A stretch of 38,651 nucleotides of DNA from Bifidobacterium breve (GTDB lineage: Bacteria > Actinomycetota > Actinomycetes > S36-B12). Below are positions 1 to 8,379 of this stretch, piece by piece (the first letter of the stretch is position 1; each line of letters begins with the position of its first letter). A program made the position numbers and the translations under genes. The notes under the pieces are model-generated. The model worked only from the letters and a program-made list of their open reading frames with translations. It was not told the DNA's origin and made no database searches. The stretch spans positions 1 through 38,651 of the forward strand of contig CAMCYV010000001.1 of the NCBI GenBank assembly GCA_945885645.1. Direction: 5' to 3'.

Positions 1-230
1 AACTGCCACACCTTGCGCCACACTTTATCCACTTCACGATCATGGAATTCGCGAGAGATGTACCGGTCAATGTCCATCGGGGCAGTCCCGAGATCCTCAT
101 TGATGTCGTATCGAAGTGCCGCTGGTACTGGACGTGAGTCTTCATCGAGATATGACTGAACACTGGTCCCCGGGGATCGCGGACTTGGTGGCTCAGTTGA
201 TTCACGCTGGGGAGATGCGAGTTCGGTCAT
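1..230 (-). CDS. Rieske-type ring-hydroxylating oxygenase alpha subunit, N-terminal fragment (gene continues past the left edge)
   Basis: ATG at 228-230 (minus) with AAGGAG 10 nt upstream. The translation MTELASPQRE...DIDRYISREFHDREVDKVWRKVWQ resembles the N-terminal region of the complete oxygenase at 23878-25086 (ISEYLDQDLWEREIKEIFQ). The Rieske Cys/His motif itself lies outside the window. Confidence 0.45.
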   Translation of the reverse strand, partial: MTELASPQRESTEPPSPRSPGTSVQSYLDEDSRPVPAALRYDINEDLGTAPMDIDRYISREFHDREVDKVWRKVWQ

Positions 231-280
231 AGCTGATGTGCTCCTTGCTTACGGGTATCAGAATTATGTCCCCGATGTTA

Positions 281-292
281 TAGGACGTCAAA
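281..292. promoter_or_regulatory. Operator-like site TAGGACGTCAAA (variant of TAGGA-NN-TCC)
   Basis: Intergenic, about 50 nt upstream of the partial Rieske gene start. Shares TAGGAC.TC.AA.TAAA with the sites at 13128 and 28099. Confidence 0.3.
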
Positions 293-310
293 TAAAGATG
301 CTTGCCCAAC

Positions 311-349
311 AAGGAAAGGGCCCGACCAAATTGGCCGGACCCTTTCCTT
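311..349 (-). terminator. Strong hairpin just downstream of the binding-protein gene; likely intrinsic (I-shaped) terminator
   Basis: AAGGAAAGGGCCCGACCA-AAT-TGGCCGGACCCTTTCCTT forms an 18-nt inverted repeat (two positions become G-U wobbles in the minus-strand RNA). It lies 20 nt after the stop at 369. There is no clean U-tract. Confidence 0.55.
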
Positions 350-368
350 TACAGCGAGTGCTTGAGAC

Positions 369-1472
369 TTACTTTACGCCCCAAAGCTTCTTGAACTGAT
401 TTACATAGTCCTTGACGCCCAAGTAGTCACCCTCTGCAGTGAGGACCAACGACTTAGCATTTTGCTTGGTCAGGATCTGTGTTGGCAATTCGTTTGTGAC
501 GTATGGCATACCGATCGAGTTACGGGCCATGCTGTCCACGACACTCCAACCAACGATGGGGAGTGAGTAGCCGGTCCATGCTGATTCGGTGCCGTCCTTG
601 AGTCCCTGGATATTTGCCTTACCAGCGGTCAAGCCACCGATTGCAATTGTAGGGTTTTTCAGAGCGGCAGAGACACCCGTGACCCAGCCACCGAGGTCGG
701 AGACGAGCCAGTTGGTACCTGGGTTTGCTGCAACAATGTTGACTGCTGCTTGAGGAACCTTACCCGCGAAGATGTCGGTCAACTGCTGATCATTTTCTTC
801 GTATGTGCACTTGGTTGGGCACAGCTTCTTCAGGTTCTTGGCGTAAGAAACGTCGAAGCGACGAAGGATTGGGTACAAAGGAACCGTGATTCCCTGAGCC
901 TTAACGTTGCCCTTTGTTGCTGCAACCGAGTAGGCAGCGATCATCTGGCCCCAAAGGTCAATTGTCTTTGGACCGGCAATGTGGGTGTCCTTGAGTGCTG
1001 ATGTTGGCTTGCTCATGCATGCAGAGCAGATAACGACAACACCCTGCTTCTCAGCCTTGGTCAGAAGATCTGACAGGGTTGATGGCTCAATACCGGAGAT
1101 GTGAATGTAGTTTGGCTTGAGTGACAGCGCCTGGCTGAAGAGTGAGCGCTGGGTTTCAGGGCTAACTGCGCCAACGAGTTCTTTGTACTTCCAGCCGAGT
1201 GTCTTGGCCGCAGCATCGATTGCTTCATCGAGCACCTTGTTTTCATCGCCACCGTTTGAGAGGGCCACGACAAACTGACCCTTTGGTGGAACAGACTTCA
1301 AAGGTGTGGTGATCCCAATGCTTGTTGGGGTCTTGTTGTACTTGTCCACAATCGCCGCGGCAAGGGTTACACCCTTATCCTGCGAATTTGCAGCAAAGGC
1401 TGCGGGTGCGATACCCGAAACCAAGAGGGAAGCGGCTCCTATAAAGGCTACCGCCGTGGTTAACTTACGCAT
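369..1472 (-). CDS. ABC transporter substrate-binding protein, sugar/ribose-type periplasmic binding fold, secreted
   Basis: Long ORF with an N-terminal signal peptide (MRKLTTAVAFIGAASLLVSGIAPAAFA|A). Paralogous to the next ORF, with the same C-terminal ...LWGVK end. I prefer the ATG at 1470-1472 (GGAAGAGAG 5 nt upstream) over the GTG at 1478. Confidence 0.75.
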   Translation of the reverse strand: MRKLTTAVAFIGAASLLVSGIAPAAFAANSQDKGVTLAAAIVDKYNKTPTSIGITTPLKSVPPKGQFVVALSNGGDENKVLDEAIDAAAKTLGWKYKELVGAVSPETQRSLFSQALSLKPNYIHISGIEPSTLSDLLTKAEKQGVVVICSACMSKPTSALKDTHIAGPKTIDLWGQMIAAYSVAATKGNVKAQGITVPLYPILRRFDVSYAKNLKKLCPTKCTYEENDQQLTDIFAGKVPQAAVNIVAANPGTNWLVSDLGGWVTGVSAALKNPTIAIGGLTAGKANIQGLKDGTESAWTGYSLPIVGWSVVDSMARNSIGMPYVTNELPTQILTKQNAKSLVLTAEGDYLGVKDYVNQFKKLWGVK

Positions 1473-1517
1473 TGACACTCTCTTCCATTAGTGGGACTTG
1501 AACGACGTTCGTCGCGT

Positions 1518-1523
1518 AGACTA
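1518..1523 (-). promoter_or_regulatory. Candidate -10 element TAGTCT (context GTGGGTAGTCT)
   Basis: Fits the actinobacterial TANNNT pattern, about 46 nt upstream of ATG 1472. Related 9-mers occur upstream of three other minus-strand genes. Confidence 0.3.
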
Positions 1524-1549
1524 CCCACAAAATTCACTTCTGGGTAGTC
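1519..1549. repeat. Perfect 9-bp inverted repeat GACTACCCA-N13-TGGGTAGTC
   Basis: Read directly in the 206-bp spacer between the binding-protein paralogs. It overlaps the candidate -10 at 1518-1523. Confidence 0.6.
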
Positions 1550-1573
1550 AGTTATTCATTTTGTTATAAATAT

Positions 1574-1585
1574 ACGGATATCCTA
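1574..1585. promoter_or_regulatory. Operator-like palindrome ACGGATATCCTA (minus-strand TAGGATATCCGT)
   Basis: Intergenic between the two binding-protein genes. Core is GGA-TA-TCC. Confidence 0.3.
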
Positions 1586-1684
1586 CTAAAAAACGGACAA
1601 TTCGACCAAGAAAAGGCCGTAAAAACCCAGTTTGGCTCCCGCAACCTATTTCCTCGTTACTGGTGCTAGTTACTCGTCCAGGAG

Positions 1685-2884
1685 TTACTTCACACCCCAC
1701 AAGGCGGTGAAGAGCTCGCGGTAGTTGGCAATACCCAGATAATTGCCGTTCTCATCGAGTACAGCATCAGCGACGTTGGTGACATTGAGGAGTTGACTCG
1801 GGAGGAGTCCATCAGCTGGTGCGTCACCCGCGAGCACTCGCGCGAACTGGTCAATAACCCGCCACGCCATCACTGGTACGGGCAGAGCCGTCCACGCCTG
1901 CAAGGCAGCAGCTGCTTCTGGGGTTGCTTCCGTTGATCCACTTTCCGGTGGGACCGCACCCGATGCAGCGAGGTCGACCAAGGATGTGATGTCTCTAGCA
2001 TTAGCACCACGGCCGATGAGAACCGTTGGTTCCAACACGAGTGCATCGGCCAAAGCCGCGGGGACATCGGTGGAAAGCTCCCCTGAGTCAAGGAGTGCCC
2101 AGCGGCCCAGGCTCGTGCTCATTGTGTCCGCGATAAACGTGGGCACCATGCTGAGATCGGTCGTATCAACCTCAGATTCAATCGCGGAACAATCGCGGCA
2201 CAAGCTAGCCAGAGTGTTAACGAATTCGGCATTGAAAGTTACCAGAGCTGGCACGGGAAGTGTGAAAACCTCTATGCCGGCAACTTCTTCTGCCGCCTGA
2301 TTGGCGATCACGTAACTCGCAAGTATTTGACCCCACAGGGCATTTTGTGCGTCGCCATCAATGCTTGTGTTCTTGATGGCACCCGTTGGCTCGCCCGAGC
2401 ATCCGGTACAAATCACGGCTACACCCGCAGCCTCAGCGTCCGCCAGTTGGGTGGCTAGAAAGTCAACGTACCGACCGGAAATCCGGATACCCGCCGGGTT
2501 GAGTGCGAGGGCTTCTTCGAATGCTGCGGGCGCCGATTCCACTGTTTCCGCTCCGGGAACCTCGGTGAACTCCCAACCGATTGCCGCGGCCGCCTCGGCC
2601 ATGGAGGTATTGAGCAAGGTATCAAATTCAGAACCGTCGGAGAGACTGACAATCAGTGAGCCAGCAGCCGGTGGTGCCGTAAGTGGGACATCCACGCCAA
2701 TGCTGGTGGGTGCGAGAAGTGCCGAAGCGAGGAGTTCAGGATCAACCGCGGTATCCGCGGCGGTTTCTTCACCGGCCACGGCCGCACCCTCGACAAAATT
2801 GGGGTCATCAGCTGGCATGGCGCAGGATGCTAAAGCCAAAGTGGCGGAAAGGGCAACGACAACCGAAAGCATTGACCGACGCAT
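1685..2884 (-). CDS. ABC transporter substrate-binding lipoprotein, paralog of 369-1472
   Basis: Lipobox LALASC after a basic N-terminus (MRRSMLSVVVALSATLALASC). The domain layout and C-terminus (...LFTALWGVK) match the neighbour. ATG at 2882-2884 is preceded by GAAAGAGAG. The ORF-track extension to 2941 has no RBS. Confidence 0.75.
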   Translation of the reverse strand: MRRSMLSVVVALSATLALASCAMPADDPNFVEGAAVAGEETAADTAVDPELLASALLAPTSIGVDVPLTAPPAAGSLIVSLSDGSEFDTLLNTSMAEAAAAIGWEFTEVPGAETVESAPAAFEEALALNPAGIRISGRYVDFLATQLADAEAAGVAVICTGCSGEPTGAIKNTSIDGDAQNALWGQILASYVIANQAAEEVAGIEVFTLPVPALVTFNAEFVNTLASLCRDCSAIESEVDTTDLSMVPTFIADTMSTSLGRWALLDSGELSTDVPAALADALVLEPTVLIGRGANARDITSLVDLAASGAVPPESGSTEATPEAAAALQAWTALPVPVMAWRVIDQFARVLAGDAPADGLLPSQLLNVTNVADAVLDENGNYLGIANYRELFTALWGVK

Positions 2885-3059
2885 GTGACTCTCTTTCAAA
2901 GATGTTAACGACTGAAAGCCCAAAACTACATGCACGTCCAATAAATTGTCTCAGCGACTCGGTTTCAACTTGATCACATTAAGCACGGCATGCGGGCTGT
3001 GGATCACTTGCTATTGTTGTGGCTCATCCATGAATATCCCGTCCCACCCCTGGAGTTCA

Positions 3060-4172
3060 ATGTCCTTCGAAAGTGCAACGTCCTTCGAACTACCCCTAGC
3101 GGCTCTCGACCCTGAAGAGATTGCCGATTTGCGAGCCACCGTGCGCTCGGCTGCAACAGAGTCGGGTTACCCAACCGCAGTGCTTGAACTCGAAAAATCA
3201 GAGACTGGTCTGGACCTCTCACTGTGGTCACTGCTCGCACAAGACATCGGGCTTTCTGCGGTCGGACTACCTGAGTCTGCGGGGGGTTTGGGCGGCCTTG
3301 CCGAAATTTTGGCGGTGGCTGAAGAACTGGGTGCCACTTTGGCGCCCGTTCCCTTTATTACGAGCACGGTTCTGTGTGGCCAAGTTTTGGCTGCATGTGA
3401 TGAAAGTGCAGCTCCCTTTCTTGAGCGAATTGCCGGAGGTGAAATTGCTGCTCCTGCTGTAACGAATGCGCGCGGCCTGTGGTCTGCCAGCGATATTTCA
3501 TGTACGAGTGATGGTGAGAAAGTTTCGGGTACGGTTCGATTCGCACCATTTGGTGCTAGTGCAACTTTTTTTGTCGTCGCCGCCCACACAGATTCGGGCA
3601 TTGATGTGTTTGTTGTTGAAGCTTCAGATGCACACATCAATGGGCTGCCATCAATGGATTTCTCGCGTCCATCGGCCACCGTAACTTTCGACAGCTCCCC
3701 GGCAGTGCGACTGACCACGGGTGGAAATGGCGAGAGTGTGATCACGCAGGCTGTTGACGTAGCACTGATGGCTGTTGCCGCTGATCAACTTGGCGGATCG
3801 CAGGCCTGTTTTGATATGACACTCGACTACATAAAGGTGCGTCGTCAATTCAATCGGGAAATTGGGAGCTTCCAAGCAATCAAACACCGAATGGCAGATG
3901 CCCTAATGCTCGTTGAAATGCTGCGTTCAGGCCTTGAAAAGGTGACATCAGGTGGCATGCAGGAACTTGCCGCCGATGCCGCAATGAATAAGTCCTGGGG
4001 ATCTGACTCTTACATTGCGATGACCGCCGAAGCAATTCAGTTGCACGGTGGTATCGGTTTCACGTGGGAACACACCGCGCACCTGTATTTCAGAAGGGCG
4101 CGCTACGACGCTGCGTTTTTAGGTGATGGTTCATTTCAGCGCGAGCGCCTCGCCACACTGCTTAATTGGTAA
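3060..4172 (+). CDS. Acyl-CoA dehydrogenase family protein
   Basis: C-terminal ACAD motifs are present (FQAIKHRMADA, QLHGGIGFTWEHTAHLYFRRA). ATG at 3060 has GGAG 5 nt upstream. The upstream part of the tracked ORF (2946-3059) is Cys/Trp-rich and looks non-coding. Confidence 0.8.
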   Translation: MSFESATSFELPLAALDPEEIADLRATVRSAATESGYPTAVLELEKSETGLDLSLWSLLAQDIGLSAVGLPESAGGLGGLAEILAVAEELGATLAPVPFITSTVLCGQVLAACDESAAPFLERIAGGEIAAPAVTNARGLWSASDISCTSDGEKVSGTVRFAPFGASATFFVVAAHTDSGIDVFVVEASDAHINGLPSMDFSRPSATVTFDSSPAVRLTTGGNGESVITQAVDVALMAVAADQLGGSQACFDMTLDYIKVRRQFNREIGSFQAIKHRMADALMLVEMLRSGLEKVTSGGMQELAADAAMNKSWGSDSYIAMTAEAIQLHGGIGFTWEHTAHLYFRRARYDAAFLGDGSFQRERLATLLNW

Positions 4173-4195
4173 GAGCCCAACTAGTAGGAGGCCGA

Positions 4196-5449
4196 TCAAG
4201 ATTTGGCGAGTTGCGAGAATGGTGCCTTGTCGGTTCGGTGCTCAGCAGGGAGTCCAAGTACTCGTTCGGCGACAATATTGCGCTGCACTTCGTCGGTGCC
4301 ACCTGCCAAGCGGTAACCGGGAGCGCCAAGAACATGCTCACCCCAGGCAAACTCTCCCCACTCACCGCTGTCAGCGACCAATGCGGATCCGAGCATGTTC
4401 GCAGCCGTGTTTCCTATGCGCACGAGATTGTCAGATGCCAGTAGCTTTCCCAGAGATCCAGCCGGACCGGGATCCCCACCGGTTGCCGTAGCTCGAGCAA
4501 CTTTGGTCACCATCGCCGCATGCAGCCGGGTGCGGATCGTGATGTCGGCTAGTTCCTGACGCGTCACCGGGTCCGAGCTCAACCCCAAATGCTGCGCGAG
4601 TGCAACAAGATCCGAAGCGGTACCGCCTTTTCGTCGATGCCCCGATCCCGATGATGTCCGTTCAAAGCCAAGGGTGGTCTGCGCGACCTTCCAGCCCGCG
4701 TCGACATCACCGATGCGCATAGAGTCTGGGATCCGCGTTGCGTCAAACCACACTTCGTTGAAAGAAGCCGGGCCACTCATTTGACGGATGGGTCGAATCT
4801 CAACGCCGGGGGCATCCATGGGCACTAAAAATGCGGTGATGCCGCCTTGTTTCACCGCATCAGGATTGGTGCGGGCCAGAATGAAACCGTATTCGGAGAA
4901 TTGTGCGTTGGAGCTCCAAATCTTTTGTCCGGTGATCAACCAGTCATCGCCATCGCGAACCGCTTTGGTTGACAGGCCCGCAAGATCGGATCCGGCGCCG
5001 GGTTCGCTAAAGAGTTGGCAGCACAGTAGCTCGGTGCTCAGGAATGCTTTTGCGAATTGCTCGCGTTGTTCGGGTGTACCGAAGATGCTCACGGCCGATC
5101 CGACAAGACCCGTGGTCACCGAGATGATTTCGGAAGAGGGAGGAACAGCGAATTTGCGTTCTTCTTGGGCGAAGGCAACGGAGTAAACACTGGGAAGACC
5201 CGCGCCACCAAACTCAGCGGGGAGTGAGATGGCACCGTATCCCGCTTCGAATCGTTGGCGTCGGTATTCCCTGACGCGTGTAAGGAATGCAACTTCTTCG
5301 TCGTGACTCAATGCCAGAAAAATTTGCAGGCGCGGATCACCCTCACCCCACACAAAAACTTCTTCTTGAGCTGGTTCAGCGACGGATGCAAGCCAAGCGC
5401 GCACTTCGCCGCGCCAGGTGTCTAAATGCTGCTGGTCTATTTCGCTCAC
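4196..5449 (-). CDS. Acyl-CoA dehydrogenase family protein
   Basis: 417-aa ORF with an ACAD middle and C-terminal signature (ITGQKIWSSNA, GGTDEVQRNIVAERVLGLP). GTG start has GAAGGAG upstream and overlaps the thiolase stop by 1 nt (TAGTG). Confidence 0.85.
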   Translation of the reverse strand: MSEIDQQHLDTWRGEVRAWLASVAEPAQEEVFVWGEGDPRLQIFLALSHDEEVAFLTRVREYRRQRFEAGYGAISLPAEFGGAGLPSVYSVAFAQEERKFAVPPSSEIISVTTGLVGSAVSIFGTPEQREQFAKAFLSTELLCCQLFSEPGAGSDLAGLSTKAVRDGDDWLITGQKIWSSNAQFSEYGFILARTNPDAVKQGGITAFLVPMDAPGVEIRPIRQMSGPASFNEVWFDATRIPDSMRIGDVDAGWKVAQTTLGFERTSSGSGHRRKGGTASDLVALAQHLGLSSDPVTRQELADITIRTRLHAAMVTKVARATATGGDPGPAGSLGKLLASDNLVRIGNTAANMLGSALVADSGEWGEFAWGEHVLGAPGYRLAGGTDEVQRNIVAERVLGLPAEHRTDKAPFSQLAKS

Positions 5450-6615
5450 TACTGTGCTCCTTCGCTGATCAGGACCGTACAGGCACTAATGCCCGGCGCT
5501 CCATAGACGTGGGTGAAACCAATTCGCGGGGCTCCCGGAACTTGTTTACCGTCAGCGCGACCCTGTAACTGTCTCACGATCTCGTGTACTTGTCGCAAGC
5601 CAGAAGCGCCCACCGGCTCTCCGTTGGCGAGTAAACCACCGTCGGTGTTGAGAGGGAGCCGACCATCAATTTCGAATTCACCGTTGCGGTAAGCGGCTTC
5701 CTGCTCCCCATGGGCAAGGAGGCCGGTCTCACCTAGGTGAATCACTTCGGCTCCGCTGTCAGTGTCCTGGAGCTGGGCTACCTGCACATCCGCTGGCGTC
5801 ATGCCAGCAAGGTCGAATGCTGCTTTCGCCGCGTCAATTGAAGGACTCGTACGGTCACCGGGTGAGAGCCAGGGTGAGAAAACTTCGAACGATCCTGGTC
5901 GGCGACCACGAAGCGCCACCGATGCCAGTCGAATCGGAGTTTCGCACAAGTCATAGGCCTTCGAGCCGCGAGCTAGGACAAGGGAAACCGCGCCAGCATC
6001 AGGGGCACAAAACATGAAACGCGTCAGGGGGTCATTGATCATGTCCGCATCCATTGCTTCATCAACGGAAACCGGCTTGCGCCGCCACGCGTACGGGTGT
6101 TCTTGCGCGTAATCAAATGCTTTTGCCGAGGCATAACCGAGGGTGCGCTGGCTTATTCCGTGTTCATGAAGGTAGCGCGCAATTTTCAGCGCAAAATATG
6201 AAGTAGTAACCATCATGCCTGTGGCGCCATACCAATCGCCCAGTCCATAGCGCGCCGGTGAAACATTGAAAGCTCCCCGAGCGTGATTGTCATAGCCGAC
6301 AACGCAAGCAACATTGAGATCTTCAGCAATTAACCCGTTACGCGCTGTCATGAGAGCCACAGCACCCGTCGCGCAACCATTCTTCACCGTTACGAATGGA
6401 AGCCCGGTGAGTCCCAATCGTGAGACTAGGTTGTCTGGCTTTGTCTCACCATTTGTGCCACCAACCGCGAACTCAATGTCAGACCAGACAAGGCCACAGT
6501 CGGCGAGCGCACCGCGAACCGCGGTCTCGGCAAGCTCGTTATCTTCGCCGTCAAATCTGCCGAACTCTGTTCGGGCTGCTCCGACTATAAAAATGTCGTT
6601 TGCATTCACACTCAT
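5449..6615 (-). CDS. SCP-x/Ltp-type thiolase-like protein (non-canonical catalytic residues)
   Basis: Thiolase fold motifs are present: VGAARTEFGRF, KNGCATGAVAL (Cys81), NTDGGLLANGEPVGASGL. The start overlaps the DUF35 stop (ATGA at 6612-6615). Confidence 0.8.
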   Translation of the reverse strand: MSVNANDIFIVGAARTEFGRFDGEDNELAETAVRGALADCGLVWSDIEFAVGGTNGETKPDNLVSRLGLTGLPFVTVKNGCATGAVALMTARNGLIAEDLNVACVVGYDNHARGAFNVSPARYGLGDWYGATGMMVTTSYFALKIARYLHEHGISQRTLGYASAKAFDYAQEHPYAWRRKPVSVDEAMDADMINDPLTRFMFCAPDAGAVSLVLARGSKAYDLCETPIRLASVALRGRRPGSFEVFSPWLSPGDRTSPSIDAAKAAFDLAGMTPADVQVAQLQDTDSGAEVIHLGETGLLAHGEQEAAYRNGEFEIDGRLPLNTDGGLLANGEPVGASGLRQVHEIVRQLQGRADGKQVPGAPRIGFTHVYGAPGISACTVLISEGAQ

Positions 6616-7019
6616 GTCACAGCCTCGAAACCAAACGTGAAGACGGGTGCACCTTCATGTGTCCAAGCTTTAGCGAGCACCAAACTGACCTGCTCCCCAA
6701 TTGTCCATTCAGTTTTCCCCACTAGCCAGCCTTCAACAATCACAGGGCCGAGGTCTACATAGCCGATGGAAAAAGGAGCAAATTCATCGGTGCGAAATGG
6801 TGGCTTCGGTGCGAAGTGTTGGGTTGTCCACGACCAGACGGTCCCCTCTGTGGGCAGGCTCACTTTCGTGACGTCAAGGCTCGAGCATGTTGGACAGGAA
6901 TCCATGGCCGGGAAAACGTGTGCACCACATGCTTCACACATGGATCCCGCCAAAACAACCGGATCCACAGAAGAAAACAACGTCGAGTCAACAACTTCGA
7001 TGCCCACAGGAATGTTCAT
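6612..7019 (-). CDS. DUF35 Zn-ribbon/OB-fold protein (thiolase/aldolase partner)
   Basis: Zn ribbon CEACGAHVFPAMDSCPTC is followed by OB-fold-like sequence (GTVWSWTT...FSIGYVDLGP.VIVEGWL). ATG at 7017-7019 has GAAGG upstream. The tracked extension to 7310 overlaps the upstream gene and looks spurious. Confidence 0.8.
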   Translation of the reverse strand: MNIPVGIEVVDSTLFSSVDPVVLAGSMCEACGAHVFPAMDSCPTCSSLDVTKVSLPTEGTVWSWTTQHFAPKPPFRTDEFAPFSIGYVDLGPVIVEGWLVGKTEWTIGEQVSLVLAKAWTHEGAPVFTFGFEAVT

Positions 7020-7035
7020 GTATTCGCCTTCGGGA

Positions 7036-8043
7036 TTAGGCCGAAAGGCGCACGAGCGCCTTGCCGAAGTTCGCACCGGACAGTAAACCCTCGAGGCCCG
7101 CTCCTGCGGCGCCAATACCTTCAACAATCGTCGCACGGTCGACCAACTGACCGCTTGCCAACCAACCACTGACTTTCGCTTCAAACTCCGGACGCAGATC
7201 CTCGTAGTCTCGGACAATAAATCCCGTGATGGTAAGTCGTCGGAGGACTGCTTCAATGAGGACCGCGATAGATGGCTGCTCCTGAGTTCCAAAGTTGGAC
7301 ACTGCACCACACATGCTGATACGCCCGCGAATCTTCATGTTATGCAAAGCCGATGCGAATTGCTCGCCACCTACATTGTCAAAAAATAGATCGATTCCTT
7401 CGGGTGCAAGCTTGGATAGCTCCGCCGCGAAATCTTCATCGCGGTAATTGATTACTTCGTCGAAACCGCACTCGGTTGTAAGCCACGAGCATTTATCTGC
7501 ACCACCAGCACTGCCGATAACCCGCCCTGCGCCAAGCAACCTTGCGAACTGTCCAACCATGCTGCCCACGGCTCCACCGGCGCCGGTCACGAGAACCGTC
7601 TCACCCGCAGCCAGATGACCCACGGGAAGAAGTCCTGCGTAGGCGGTAAATCCGGTCTGGCCCATTGAACTCAACCATGAGATCGTTGGCGCCAGCGAAA
7701 GGTCACAAAGTGTTGCGGTCGCGTCGTCAACGACCGCATACTCGCGCCAGCCGAGGCGGTGACGAACTGTGGAACCTACCGGGAGAAGCTCTGAAGCGGA
7801 CTCCTCCACTATTCCGATTGCAGAGCCATCAAGTGGACCGCCGATCTCAAAATTGGTGGTGTACTGCTTCTCGCCCGGGTCCATGCGGCCACGGGTTGAT
7901 GGATCCAAACTCATGTATTGATTGCGCACAAGCGCGGTGCCCGGTGTGAGCTCGGGCAGGTCAATGGTTCCTAACGTGAGGTCACTAGCCACAAACGTTC
8001 GAGCTGGACGAGTGGCAAGAATGACGGCGGTTGTTTGCTTCAC
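7036..8043 (-). CDS. NADP-dependent oxidoreductase, zinc-free MDR family (enone/alkenal reductase-like)
   Basis: Rossmann motif VLVTGAGGAVGSMVGQFARLLGA and overall MDR layout. GTG start overlaps the stop of the upstream small ORF (GTGA at 8040-8043). Confidence 0.8.
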   Translation of the reverse strand: MKQTTAVILATRPARTFVASDLTLGTIDLPELTPGTALVRNQYMSLDPSTRGRMDPGEKQYTTNFEIGGPLDGSAIGIVEESASELLPVGSTVRHRLGWREYAVVDDATATLCDLSLAPTISWLSSMGQTGFTAYAGLLPVGHLAAGETVLVTGAGGAVGSMVGQFARLLGAGRVIGSAGGADKCSWLTTECGFDEVINYRDEDFAAELSKLAPEGIDLFFDNVGGEQFASALHNMKIRGRISMCGAVSNFGTQEQPSIAVLIEAVLRRLTITGFIVRDYEDLRPEFEAKVSGWLASGQLVDRATIVEGIGAAGAGLEGLLSGANFGKALVRLSA

Positions 8044-8255
8044 GCGTTCGCCTCGCGAAGGGCGCGAGCCTCAGGGGTGCGGCCAACCCAACCGGTAGCT
8101 TGTAGGTCAACGGTGAGCATCTCACCCTCTTGCCAGACACCATTGTCATCAAAAATTCCAATACGGTCAGTAGCAGGGTCATGGACTTCAACTAAGCCAA
8201 CCTCGTTGACCGAGTAGACGTATCCAGAGATGGGATGCTTGTAGACCTTGGCCAT
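8040..8255 (-). CDS. Hypothetical small protein (71 aa)
   Basis: ATG at 8253-8255 has a perfect AAGGAG 6 nt upstream. It is the first gene of the string and is translationally coupled to the MDR reductase. I recognise no motif. Confidence 0.5.
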   Translation of the reverse strand: MAKVYKHPISGYVYSVNEVGLVEVHDPATDRIGIFDDNGVWQEGEMLTVDLQATGWVGRTPEARALREANA

Positions 8256-8315
8256 AACGACTCCTTGACACGACTTGATGAATCCTTGAACGCTTTCACT
8301 GCACGATAGGTCCAC

Positions 8316-8321
8316 AGACTA
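8316..8321 (-). promoter_or_regulatory. Candidate -10 element TAGTCT (context GTGTAGTCT)
   Basis: About 61 nt upstream of ATG 8255. The 9-mer is identical to the one at 13101-13109. Confidence 0.3.
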
Positions 8322-8379
8322 CACAAGTTGCACCGCGGTAGGGTGGTGGAGCCTCACACTTTCATGTTAGGAAAAACAC

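Noticed and set aside
1491-1503. tRNA T-loop-like string (minus-strand GTTCAAGTCCCAC), possibly a tRNA or an att-site remnant
   Set aside because: The flanking bases do not form a T-stem (CGTCG versus CCCAC), an acceptor stem or a CCA context. It overlaps the 5' leader of the binding-protein gene, and there is no integrase nearby.
2361-2888. 175-aa plus-strand ORF (and neighbours 1986-2300, 2683-2973) opposite the binding-lipoprotein gene
   Set aside because: It lies entirely antisense to a well-supported CDS. The composition is Ala/Ser/Pro/Arg-rich as expected of shadow frames in GC-rich coding DNA, and there is no RBS.
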